Source: Mobula hypostoma (lineage: Eukaryota). From it: a DNA stretch of 64,000 nucleotides. Position 1 is the stretch's first letter. Every line of letters starts with the position of its first letter. Positions 22,365 to 34,543 of this stretch are shown here, one piece after another. Where the stretch lies: positions 127,164,001 to 127,228,000 of the forward strand of contig NC_086097.1 of NCBI RefSeq assembly GCF_963921235.1, written 5' to 3'. Both the position numbers and the translations under genes were made by a program. A model generated the notes under the pieces. It was not told the origin of the DNA. It did not search any database and was given only the letters and a program-made list of their open reading frames with translations.

Positions 22365-25300
22365 CCCCCAGTGGCCCAATTGAATTGGGACTGAGAGAGG
22401 AGGCAACTCACAGGTCCACATGAGAGATTTAAAAATAAGTGTTTGCAGGCGTTCGGCATTTTCCCGTCAGCCCAATTTAATCGGGAGTGAGAGAGGAGGC
22501 AACTCACAGTTCTGTGAGTGAGATTTAAAAAGGAGTGCTTGAGGGCTTCCAGTGGCCCAATCAAACGGCAATTGATTAGTAAGGGCAAATAAAAATAAGG
22601 TAGGGACGAACGGAGCAGCCACTGTGTGAGTGGACCGGCGTTAGAGTGGGGAAGCTCTGGGTCATTAAGCTTCAGTGAGAACAGGCTTGGGTGAGGTAAG
22701 CATCTGGCAAGTTTCTTCTTCTTCAGTCTTCCTCTGTTAGTGCATAGTTAGAGCAGTGAGAATGACTCAGGGGTTGTGTTGTGTTCTCTGTGTGAGATGT
22801 TGAGATCCTGGGAGATCTCCAGCCCCCGGATAACCTCTTCTGCACCAGGTGACCGAGCTGCAGCTTCTCAGAGAACGTGCTAAAGAACTGGAGCTGCAGC
22901 CTGATGAACTTTGTCTCATTCAGGAAAAAGAGGAGTTGATGGATAGGAGCTACACTGAGGTAGTCAACCCTAAGTTGCAAGAGCCAGGTGCCTGGGTGTC
23001 TGTCAGGAGAGGGAAAGAAAATAGGCAGCCATTGCAGAGTACCCCTGTAACTGTTCCTCCTCACTGTTAGAGGAGTAGATATGAGATTCTGTGGACACCA
23101 TAGAGGCACCTGGATAGGATGTTGCCTCCCAGATGCCAGGGTCAGGGATGTCTCAGATCTGGTCCACAGCATTCTAAAGGGGAGGGTGTACAGCCAGAAG
23201 TCTTGGTACATATTGGCAACAATGACATAGGTAGGAAAAAGGAGGAGGTCCTGAAGTGAGAATTTAGGGAACTAGGTAGAAAGCTGAAAAGCAGGACCTC
23301 CAGAGTAGTGATCTCTGGATTACAGCCTGTGCCACGTGCCAGTGAGGGTAAGAATAGGATGATTTGGCAGATGAATACGTGGCTGAGGAACTGGTGCAGG
23401 AAGCAGGGTTTTGGATTTCTGGATCATTGGGATCTCCTCTGGGGAAGGCTTGACCTGTACAAAAGGGACGGGTTACACCTGACCCAAGCCAGACCAATAT
23501 GGTAGCGGACAGGTTTCCTAGAACTGTTGGGGAAGGTTTAAACTAATCTGGCAGGGGAGTGGGAAACTGAATGATAGGACTAAGGATGGGACAGTCAGTA
23601 TTCCAGTAGAGGCAATGTGTAGTGAAACTGTCAGGAAAAACAGGCAGATGATAGGGCAAAATTGCAGGTAGTGGGATGAGTTGCAGCGTAATGGGGGAAA
23701 AAATTGAAAAGGGTGATGAATACAGGACTGTAAGTGTTATATTGGAATGCACACAGTATATGGAATAAAATAGATGATCTTGTAGTGCAATTAGAAATTG
23801 GCAGGTATGACTTTGTGGGCATCACTGAGTCACCAAAAGAAAATTACAGTTGGGAGCTTAACATTCAACGATATACATTGTATGGAAAGGACAGGCTCTG
23901 TTGGTAAAAAATGAAATCAAATCATTAGAAAGAGGTGACATAGGATTGGAAGATATAGAATTGTTGTAGGTGGAGTTAAGGAACTATAAGGCAACCATGG
24001 CTGACAAGGGAAGTCAAATCCAACATAAAAGCAAAGGAGAGGGCATATAATATAGCAAAAATTAGGGAGAAGCTTTTAAAAACCAGCAGAAACAACTAAA
24101 AAAGCCATAAAGAGGGGCAAGATGAAATATGAAGGTAAGCTAACCAATAATATCAAAGAGGATACAAAAAGGTTTTTCCCTAAAAAGAATAAAAGATAGG
24201 ACAAAGTAGATATCAGACAGCTGGAACTTGACACAGGAGAAGCAGTAATGGGGGAGAAAGAAATGACAGATGAACTGAAAAAGTATTTTCTGTCAGTGTG
24301 GAAGACACTGGCAGTATGCCAGAAGTTCAAGAGTGTCAGGAGGCAGAAGTGAGATCAATTGCTATTAATAGGGAGAAGGTGCTTACGAAGCTGTAAGGTC
24401 TAAAGGTAGTTAAGTCACCTGAACCAGATAGACTACACTCTGGGGTTCCTAAAAAGGTAGCTTAAAATATTATGAAGGCATAAGTAATGACCTTTCAAGA
24501 ATCTGGAGGACTGAAAAATTGCAAATATTACTCCACTCTTCAAGAAGGGAGAGCAGCAGAATAAAGGAAATTATAGGCCAGTTAGCCTGACCTCAGTGGT
24601 TGGGAAGATATTGGAGTCAATTATTAAGGTTTCGGGGTACTTGGAGGAACATGACAAAATAGACCAAAGCTGGCATGGTTTCCTTCAGGGAAGATCTTGC
24701 CTGACAAACCTGCTGGAACTCTTTGAGGAAATAACAAGCAGGATAGACAACGTCAGAGGATGTTGTGTACTTGGATTTTCAGAAGGTGTTTGACAAGGTG
24801 CTGCACATGAGGCTGATTAACACTATGGTATTACAGGAAAGATACTGGCATGGATAGAGCAGTAGCTGATTGGCAGAAGGCAAAGAGTGAGAATAAAAGG
24901 AGACCTTTCTGATTGGCTGCTAGTGACTAGTGGTGTTCCGCAGAGGTCAGTGTTGGGACTGCTTCTTTTTACGTATCTCAATGATTTGGATGATGGAATT
25001 GATGGCTTTGTGGCCAAGTTTGCAGACATTATGAATATAGGTGGAGGGGCAGGTAGTGTTGAGGAAGCAGGGAGTCTGCAGGACTTAGACACACTAGGAG
25101 AACGGGCAGAGAAGTGGCAGGTGGAATACAGTGTCAGGAAGTGTATGGTCATGCACTTCAGCTGAAGGAATAAAAGCCTAGACTATCTTTTAAATGGAGA
25201 AAAAAATGCAGAAAACCAAGAAGCACATGGGCTTGGGAGCCCGTGTGCAGGATTCCCTACAGGTTAATCTGCAGGTTGAGTCTGTGGTGAGTAAGGCAAA

Positions 25301-25855
25301 TGCAATGTTAGCATTCACTTCAAGATGACTAGAATATAAAAGCAGAAATGACTGGTGAGACCTCACTTGGGAGTGTGGTGAGCAATTTTAAACCCCTTAT
25401 CTAAGAACATTGGAGGAGGTTTAAAGGACGTTCACAAAATGATTCTGGGAATGAGAAGCTCTGGGCCTGTACTCACTAGGGTTTAGAAGAATGATAGGGA
25501 TCTCATTGAAAGGTCTAAATAGAGTGGATGTGGAGAGGCTGTTTCCTATAGTGGGGGGTGTGTAGGACCACAAGGCACAGCCTCAGAATAGAGGGATATC
25601 CATTCAGAGCGGAGATGAGGAGGAATTTCTTTAGCCAGAGAGTGATGAATCTGCGGAATTCAGTACCATAGGCAGCTATAGAGGCTAGTCATTCTGTGTG
25701 TTTCAGGCAGCAATTAATAGATTCTTGATAAGTCAGGGCAAGCAAGGTTACAGGGAGAAGGCAGGAGAGTGGGGCTGAGAGGGAAATGGATCAGCCATGA
25801 TAAAATGGCAGAGGAGACTCAATCGGCCCAATGGCCTAACTTTGTATCTTATCAT
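22365..25855 (+). mobile_element. Decayed near full-length CR1 (5' UTR, ORF1, internally deleted ORF2, 3' UTR)
   Basis: ORF1 leucine-zipper (ELQLLRERAKELELQ) and esterase (ISGL.PVPR..DGLH) pieces, plus RT pieces SCLTNLLE and SGVPQ..FAD. Confidence 0.88.
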
Positions 25856-26604
25856 CTGAATGACTAGAAGAGTTTATTTGTAAAGAGAAGGATTGATGGG
25901 ACGTTTTTATTGTCCAGAATGCACTGCTTGATTTTAGCGTTCTGTTTGTTACAGGTTCCATTCCAAGCAATTACTAATAATTGTATTTTCATGCACTCTG
26001 AAAGGTCATATATAATCCCACGGGTGGGTAAAAGCTGTCTACAAATAACAAGGGAGGGGTAGAGTAATTTTAAAAAGTTTTCCTTTATTTAACTTAATGT
26101 TGATTAATATTACACAAAATAGCTGTGAAGAAAATTTCTTTAAGAACTGAAATGTTGGTAGAAAGATACATTTTATAATAAAAGCAAAAGATGTTTGATG
26201 CACTCAGCGGTTTAGGCAGCATCTGGGTAAACAGAAAGATGCGATTCAACTCCCCACAGACTAACTGAGAACGTCCAGCATTTCTGTTTGATTTCATTTC
26301 TAACATCTACATTATTTGCTTTTTGCTCTTGAGCGCAAGTTGAAGAGAACTGTCTTTTTGGTGTTCTTTGTCATTATTATTTGATTGTGAAGAACAGTTC
26401 AGTTTGGGAATGGCTTGCTTAAACATTCATTTGATGGGAACCAAACCTGGTATCTTTGATGTGATGCCTGAAGTTCTGCAAAACTTTCCACCATGAGCAC
26501 TGGTTTCCAACAAAAGCTTAGCCGACGGTCTAAGTGTTGAGTTTCTGAGTTTTGGCTTGCAAAGCAGGTGATGAACCTTGCCAAAGCATGTTCTTACAAA
26601 ATAC

Positions 26605-27736
26605 TCATAGTCATAGTCATACTTTATTGATCCCAGGGGAAATTGGTTTTCGTTACAGTTGCTCCATAAATATAAATAGTAATAGAACCATAAATAGTTA
26701 AATAGTAATATGTAAATTATGCCAGGAAATAAGTCCAGGACCAGCCTATTGGCTCAGGGTGTCTGACACTCCAAGGGAGGAGTTGTAAAGTTTGATGGTC
26801 ACAGGCAGGAATGTTCCTATGATGCTCTGTGTTGCATCTCAGTGGAATGAGTCTCCGGCTGAATGTACTCCTGTGCCCAACCAGTACATTATGTAGAGGA
26901 TGGGAGACATTGTCCAAGATGGCATGCAACTTGGACAGCATCCTCTTTTCAGACACCACCGTCAGAGAGTCCAGTTCCATCCCCACAACATCACTGGCCT
27001 TACGAATGAGTTTGTTGATTCTGTTGGTGTCTGTTACCCTCAGCCTGCTGCCCCAGCACACAACAGCAAACATGATCGCACTGGCCACCACAGACTCGTA
27101 GAACATCCTCAGCGTCGTCCGACAGATGTTAAAGGACCTCAGTCTCCTCAGGAAATAGAGACAGCTCTGACCCTTCTTGTAGACAGCCTCAGTGTTCTTA
27201 GACCAGTCCAGTTTGTTGTCAATTCGTATCCCCAGGTATTTGTAATCCTCCACCATGTCCACACTGACCCCCTTGATGGAAACTCTCCTCAGGTCTACCA
27301 CCAGCTCCTTAGTCCTTTTCCCATTAAGCTGCAGATAATTCTGCTCACACCATGTGACAAAGTTTCCTACCGTAGCCCTGTACTCAGCCTCATCTCCCTT
27401 GCTGATGCATCCAACTATGGCAGAGTCATCCAAAAACTTCTGAAGATGACAAGACTCTGTGCAGTAGTTGAAGTCCGACGTGTAAATGGTGAAGAGAAAG
27501 GGAGACAAGACAGTCCCCTGTGGAGCCCCAGTGCTGCTGATCACTCTGTCGGACACACAGTGTTGCAAGCACATGTACTGTGGTCTGCCAGTCAGGTAAT
27601 CAAGAATCCATGATACCAGGGAAGCATCCACCTGCATCGCTGTCAGCTTCTCTCCCAGCGGGGCAGGGCGGATGGTGTTGAACGCACTGGAGAAGTCAAA
27701 AAACATGACCCTCACAGTGCTGGCTGGCTTGTCCAG
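26605..27736 (-). mobile_element. 5'-truncated Rex1/Babar LINE with 332-aa RT ORF (26717-27715)
   Basis: FFDFSSAFNTI, GAPQGTVLSPFLF, KFLDDSAIVG, YKYLG and LYFLRRLRSF motifs, with a (TATGAC)n tail. Confidence 0.92.
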
Positions 27737-28546
27737 AGGTGTGGACGGAGGTGTACCTATTCATTGCATAAGTGGTGAATTAAAGAATTTTTCAGTTTCA
27801 GTCTGAGTTACTCCATGTACTTAAAAGACCTAGCATTCAGTCAGAAAAACTGATTGCATACCGATTATGAAATGATGCCTCAACACACCTCACACCCTCA
27901 GGCATCAAGTATGATGAGCAAATGAGCTGCAATCTTCCCTGGCAAAGGATATCTCAGTGTGGCATCCTTTTTCACCACATGGTCACATCATTCCCTTTTT
28001 GGTTTTTCATTCGCAGCCTAACAAGAGAAGACATTTCTCCTCTGCCTTAAATGGACAATTCTTCATTCTGAAAGAATGTCTCCTGTTTGTAGATTTTCTC
28101 ATGAGGGTAATCATTCAGAATCCAATGTCAAACCCTTCAATGAAAAACACATAAACCTCTCACCCTTGTAAATGCTCATGCCAGTGAGATTAAATCCAAG
28201 CTACACTCCTCTTTTCATCATACCTCAAAACCTTCTTCCCAGGAATTAACCTTGATGGGATGGTTGGCACAGATACCTGGGCCAAATGTATGAAATGAAG
28301 ATGCTACAATATTGCTCCTGAAATGAAAATACCTAACAGAGTATTCCTTGCAGTTGAACAACAATCATCCCTGCCTTCAGTTGGTTAAAAAAAAAGAGGA
28401 AAACCAAGCACAGAAGACCATAAACTAGACTTTCACTTTGATCAGATTAATATTAATAAAATATACAATTGGGTCCTTGGGGGTTGATATGCAGCACAGT
28501 ATTACTAGCTGCACTATAGGCATGCATCAAAACATATATGTTTCTA

Positions 28547-28570
28547 TGTGTGTGTGTGTGTGTGTGTGTG
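28547..28570 (+). repeat. (TG)12 microsatellite
   Basis: Read directly. Confidence 0.95.
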
Positions 28571-29242
28571 GGTGTCAGACAGCTTATTAAAATTAAAATA
28601 GATAAGTTAGTTTCTCAGTGTAACTTACTTTCATTAATTTATTTCTACTTTCTCTGTGTCAATGGGTTACCCAAAACCTTGCACTGGCAGAGTGGGACGA
28701 GGAAAAGAGCTGACAAATTTTCATGAATATGCATTGCTCTGCCTCCTATTCCAGTGGAAACACCAGTACCAATTCAAGCCCTGACGAAAACTCATCAACC
28801 TCTTACCACAGATGCTGACTGACCTGCCAAGTATTTCAGCATTTGCTGCTATTATCTTAGATTGAACTGCCTTTCTTTTTTTGCAAATGCCACATCTGAT
28901 GTGTTGTTTAACTTGGCTTTTTATGGGTTAATTGCTGCAATAAGAGTATAAGGAATGGAAGGCCCTTTGAATACGTTCCAACCCTCAGTATCATGGCCTT
29001 GTCCACTTTGTCAATCATTTTCCACATCATCCTACCCCTTAAATATCAGAGCAGTCACAGCCTGCCAGGAAATGCTGCAAAAGGAATTGTTCTGTGTATT
29101 CCTTGTTTCCAGCTCTATACCTCAGAATCACCTCTCAGTCTTTAATCACTACTGACTACAGTAAAACTCTGTTAATCCACATGCATTGTACTTTGGTGGA
29201 GCTGGAACAGCAGATTTTTATCCCCAGGCCCATGGGATGGGT

Positions 29243-29885
29243 TCAAGATTGTTTAATGTCATTTCCAGTACACAAGTATAAGTGGAATGAAATACTGTAA
29301 TCGTTACTCCGAATCTAATGCAGCACAAAAAAAAACAGAAAGATAAAGTACACAATAATAATAAAAAAACACAATAAATTTAAATGTGTAAGATAGCTTA
29401 TAAACTTATGCTGACTGATTGCATGACCAAAAATGACGCTAGACACAAAAGTATCTGTACATAAGGCGACTGACAGGAAATCATAAAGGGATGATGGTTG
29501 GAAGTGTGGAGGGGTGTGTTAGTGAGTGGAGGTGTTGATCAGCCCTGCTGCTTGGGTAAAATAACTGGTTTTGAATCTGGTGGTCCTGGCATGGATGTTA
29601 CATAGCCTCCTCCCTGATAGGAGTAGGACAAACAGTCCGTGAGTAGGGTGGGTGGGAACCTTGATGATATTACTGGTCATTTCCCGGCACCTTTCTGTAA
29701 ATATATCCTTGATGGCAGATTGACTGGTGCTGGTGATGTGTTGGGCAGTTTTGACTGCCACAGTAGAGCCTTCATGTCTGCCGCTATACAGTATCCATAC
29801 CATGTAGTGATGCAGCATGTTATGAAAGACATTAGTGTAGATGTGCATAATCCAATTCTCTTCAGTCTTCTCAGGAAGTAGCGGC
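29243..29885 (-). mobile_element. Rex1-like LINE 3' fragment (second subfamily)
   Basis: VKTAQHIT..HPTHGLFVLLLSGRR..ARTTRFKTSY peptide and an AAATGACATTAAACAATCTTGAAC tail. Confidence 0.8.
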
Positions 29886-30585
29886 ATTAGGGAATGAGAC
29901 AGGACAGGTCACACAAGTTTGTGTAGGGGAAAACTTTGCATCTACTGACCACAATGCCATTAGTTTCAAAATAAATATGCATAAAGATAGGTCTGGAACA
30001 AGGGTTGAGATTCTAAATTGGAGAAAGGCTAATATTGATGGTATCAGAAAGGATCTGGCAAGTGTGGATTGGGACAGGCTGTTTTCTGGCCAAGGCATCC
30101 TTGGTAAGTGGGAGACCTGCAAAAGGGATATTTTGAGAATACAAAGCTTGTATGTGCCTGTCAGAATACGAGGGTAAAGATAACAAGTGTAGGGAACCTT
30201 CATTTTCAAGCGATGTTGAGGCCCTGGTTAAGAGAAAGAAGGAGGTGCATAGCAGGTATAGGCAGGTAGGAACAAAAGGAGTATATCAAATGCAAGAGAA
30301 CACTTAAGAAAATCAGGAGGGCTAAAAGAAGACATGAAGTTGCTCTAGCAGACAAGGTGAAGGAGAATCCTTAGGAGGTGTACAGACATGTCAAGAGCAA
30401 AAGGATTCAAAGGGACAAGATTAGTCCCTGGGTGTCCAGAATAGCAATCCATGTGTGGAGCCAAAACAGATGGGGGATATCTTAAATAACTTTTTTGCAT
30501 CTGTATTTACTCAGGAGATGGACACAGAGTCTATAGTACTGAGGCAAAGCAGCATCAACTTCATGAACCCTGTACAGATTACAGA
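29886..30585 (+). mobile_element. CR1 ORF2 internal fragment
   Basis: LNWRKAN..IRKDLASVDW peptide, colinear with 59960-60650. Confidence 0.8.
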
Positions 30586-31220
30586 GGCGGCTCCTCTGCA
30601 TTGGTGACACCCGACATAAATTGGGGAACCGCTTTTTCGAGCACCTCTGCTCCTTCCGCCAAAAACACAACTTCCCGGTGGCCAAACAATTTAATTCCTA
30701 TTCCCATTGCCATTGCAGCATGTCAGTCCATGGCCTCTTCTTTGGCCATGATGAGGCTACTCTCAGTGTGGAGGAGCAACACTCTATACTCTATATAGGT
30801 AGCCTCCAATCTGATAGCAGACACATCCATTTCTCCTCCCGGTAATTCTTTTTCTCCTCTTCTATTCGCCACTCTGACCGCTTACCTCTTCTCCTCACCA
30901 GTCTATCACCTCCCAGATGTGCCCCTCCTTTTTCCCTTTCTCCCATGGTCCACTCCCCTCTCCAATCAGGTTCTTTCTTCGCCAGCCCTTTACCTTTCCC
31001 ACCCACCTGGCTTCACCCATCACCTTCCAGCCATCCTCATTCCCCTCCCCCCCCAACTTTTTATTTTGGCGTCTTCCCTCTTCCTTTTCAGTCCTGAGGA
31101 AGGGTTTCGGCCTGTAACGCCGACTATTTATTCATTTCCACAGATGCTGCCTGACCTGCTGAGTTCCTCCAGCATTTTGTGTGCGTTGCTGTAGATTTCC
31201 AGCATTTGCAGAAACTCCTG
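30586..31220 (+). mobile_element. Penelope 3' fragment (GIY-YIG end, 3' UTR, degenerate hammerhead at 31090-31125)
   Basis: NRFFEHLCSFRQKHNFPVAKQFNS is homologous to the 34544-35905 ORF. Ribozyme core reads CTGAGGA..GTAACGCC. Confidence 0.82.
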
Positions 31221-31465
31221 TGTTTGAAACTGCTCACTGCTTCCACTGCTGTGCCACTGATGATAGAAGGGGTGTGAGTACTGCAGGTTCTCCTGAAGTT
31301 GTTAAACATCTCGTTTGTTTTGCTGACATTGAGGAAGAAGTTATTTGCCTGAAAACAAGACTCGAGTTCTTCCACCTCCAATCTGTAGGCTGTCTCATCA
31401 CTATTCGTGATGAGCCCCACCACTATCATGTCATTGGCAAACTTGACAACTTGACTACTCGGGTG
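31221..31465 (-). mobile_element. Rex1-like RT fragment
   Basis: VVGLITNSDETAYR.EV...NN..LNVSKT peptide. Confidence 0.75.
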
Positions 31466-34210
31466 TGGGGACGGGAAGGGCAGAAGATTTTTGGATCATT
31501 GGTCTCTCTTACAGGGAAGGTGGGACCTGTACAGAAGGGACGGTTTGCACCTGAACTGGAGAGGGACTAATATCCTAGCAGGAAGGTTTGTGAATGCTGC
31601 ACAGTAGAGTTTAGACTAAAGTTGCAGAGGGATGGGAACCAGAGTGCCAGAACGGTTAGTGGAGAGTTTGTGAGGCAGATGGTGGTAAGACCTGAGACAA
31701 TGTTAGGAAACAAAATGTTGAGCATGGTGTGACTAGTGTCCTGAGCTGCCTGTATTTCAATGCAAGAGCTATCATAGGAAAGGAGGATAATCGTGCTCAA
31801 GATGAGGTAGCTGGTTTACAAACACAGGCACTGTATAGTGAGGAGAGGCTGTTGATAGGGCAAAACTGCAATCAACAGGATAAGTTGCAACATAAAAGGC
31901 AGACAAAATCGAAAAGGGTGAATACAGGACTGAAGGAGTTGTATCTGGATGTGTGCAGCATATTGAATAAGCTAGATGAACTTGCAGCACAGTTGGGGAT
32001 TGGCAGGTACAATGTTGTAGGCATCACTGTATCATAGCTGAAAGATTATAGCTGGGAGCTTAATGTCCACGGATACACATTGTATCGAAAGGGTAGGCAG
32101 GAAGGCAGAGGGGGTGGCATTGCTCTGTTGGTAAAAAATGAAATCAAATCATTAGAAAGTGGTGACATAGGGTTGGAAGGAGTTGAATCATTGTGGATAG
32201 AGCTCAGGAACTGCAATGGATCCTAATGGGAGTTGCATACAGACCCACAAACTTTAGTAAGGAGATGGCCTACAAATTATAATAGGAGATAGAAAATGCA
32301 TGGCAAAAGGGCAATTTTACAATAGGCATGGGGGACTTCAATATGCAGGTAGATTGGGAAAATGAGGTTGGTGCTGGTTTATGGGGGGGGAGGGGTGTTG
32401 GATTTCTCGAGTGCCTATGAGATGGCTTTTTAGAGCAGCTTGTAATTGAGCCCACTAGGGGATCAGCTATTCTGGATTGAGTGATGTGCAATGAGCCAGA
32501 ATTGATTAGAGAGCTTAAGGTAAAAGAACCTTTTGGGGAAAGTGATCATAATATGATCAAATTCACCCTGAAATTTGAGAAGGAGAAGCTAAAGTCAGAT
32601 GTATCAGTATTACAGTGGTGTTTAAGAAATTAAAGGGACATAAGAGAGGAGTTGGCCAGAATTGTTTGGAGAAACTGGCAGGGATGACGGCAGAGCAGCA
32701 GTGGCTGGAATTTCTGGAAGCAATTCGGAAGGTACAGAATATATACATCCCAAAGAGGAAGAAGTAGTCTAAAGGAAAGATGACACAAATGTGGCTAACA
32801 AGAGATATCAATGTCAACATAAAAGACAAAGGCAGGACATATAATACAGCAAAATTTAGTGGGAAATTAGAAGATTGGAAAACTTTTAAAAACAAACAGA
32901 AGGCAACACAAAAGTAAGCTGGCCAATAATATTAAAGACAATATCAAAAGTTTCTTCAGATACATAAAGTGTAAAAGAGAGGTGAGAGTGGATATCGGAC
33001 TGCTGGAAAATGATGCTGGAGAGGCAGTAATGGGGGAAAATGAAATAGCGAATGAACTGAATAAGTATTTTGCATCAGTCTTCACTGTGGAAGACACTGG
33101 CAGTATGGTGGAAGTCCGAGGTGTCAGGGAGCATCGAGTGTGTGGAGCTACCATAACTAGAGAGAAAGTTCTTGGGAAACTGAAAGGTCCAAAGGTAAAT
33201 AAGTCAGCTGGACCAGATGGACTTCACCCCAGAGTTCTGAAAGAGGTGGCTGAAAGCTTATGGAGACATTATTAATAATTTTTAAAGAATCACTAGATTC
33301 TGGAATCATTCTGGAATGCTGGAAAATTGCAAATGTCACTCCACTCTTCAAAAATGGAGAGAGGCAGAAGAAAGGAAACTACAGGCCAGTTAGTCTGACC
33401 TCAGTGGTTGAGAAGATGTTGGAGTTGATTATTAAGGATGAGGTCTCATGGTACTTGGAGGCACATGATAAGATAGACCATAGTCAGCATGGTTTTCTTG
33501 CCTGACAGATTTGTCGGAATCCTTCGAAGAAATGACAAAGTTTAGACAAAGAAGAATCGGTTGATGTTGTGTACTTGGATTTTCAGAAGACCTTTGACAA
33601 GGTGCCATACATGAGGCTGCATGACAAGCTATGAGCCTGTGGTATTACAGGAAAGATTATAGCCTGGATAAAGCAGTATCTGATTAGCAGGAGGCAAGGG
33701 ATCCTTTTCTGACTGGATACCGGTGACTAGTGGTATTCCACAGGGGTCTGTGTTGGGGCTGATTCCCTTATGTTATGTGGTAATGATTTGGATGATGGAA
33801 TTGATGGCTTTGTTGAAAAGTTTGCAGAGGATATGAAGGTAGGTGGAGGGGCAGGTAGTTTTGAGGAAGTAGAGAGGCTATAGAAGGATTTAGACAGATT
33901 AGGAGAATGGGCAAAGAAATGACAGATAGAATACAGTATCAGGAAGTGTATGGTCATACTCTTCAGTGGAAGAAATGAAAGGGTCGACTATTTTCTAAAT
34001 GGAGAGAAAATACAGAAAACTGAGGTGCAAAGTGCAAGATTCCCTAAAGGTTAATTTGCAGGTTGAGTCTGTGGTGAGGAAGGCAAATGTAATGTTAGCA
34101 TTCATTTCAAGAGAACTAGAATATTAAAGCAAGGATGTAATGTTGAGGCAACACACATCAAAGTCGCTGGTGAACGCAGCAGGCCAGGCAGCATCTGTAG
34201 GAAGAGGTGC

Positions 34211-34246
34211 AGTCGACGTTTCAGGCCGAGACCCTTCGTCAGGACT
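34211..34246 (-). ncRNA. Minimal type I hammerhead ribozyme
   Basis: Minus strand AGUC-CUGACGA-AGG(GUCUCGG)CCU-GAAA-C-GUC-GACU: intact core, helix I AGUC/GACU, helix II AGG/CCU, and palindromic ACGU in place of helix III. Confidence 0.85.
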
Positions 34247-34543
34247 AACTGAAGGAAGAGTGAGTAAGGGATTTGAAAGTTGGAGGGGGAGGGGGAGATC
34301 CAAAATGACAGGAGAAGACAGGAGGGGGAGGGATAGAGCCGAGAGCTGGACAGGTGATAGGCAAAAGGGGATACGAGAGGATCATGGGACAGGAGGTCTG
34401 GGAAGAAAGACAAGGGGGGGGGGGAGACCCAGAGGATGGGCAAGAGGTATATTCAGAGGGACAGAGGGAGAAAAAGGAGAGTGAGAGAAAGAATGTGTGC
34501 ATAAAAATAAGTAACAGATGGGGTACGAGGGGGAGGTGGGGCC

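Noticed and set aside
28775..28850. CTGACGA as another hammerhead
   Set aside because: Old Penelope-tail remnant lacking helix II and a correctly spaced GAAAC/NUH.
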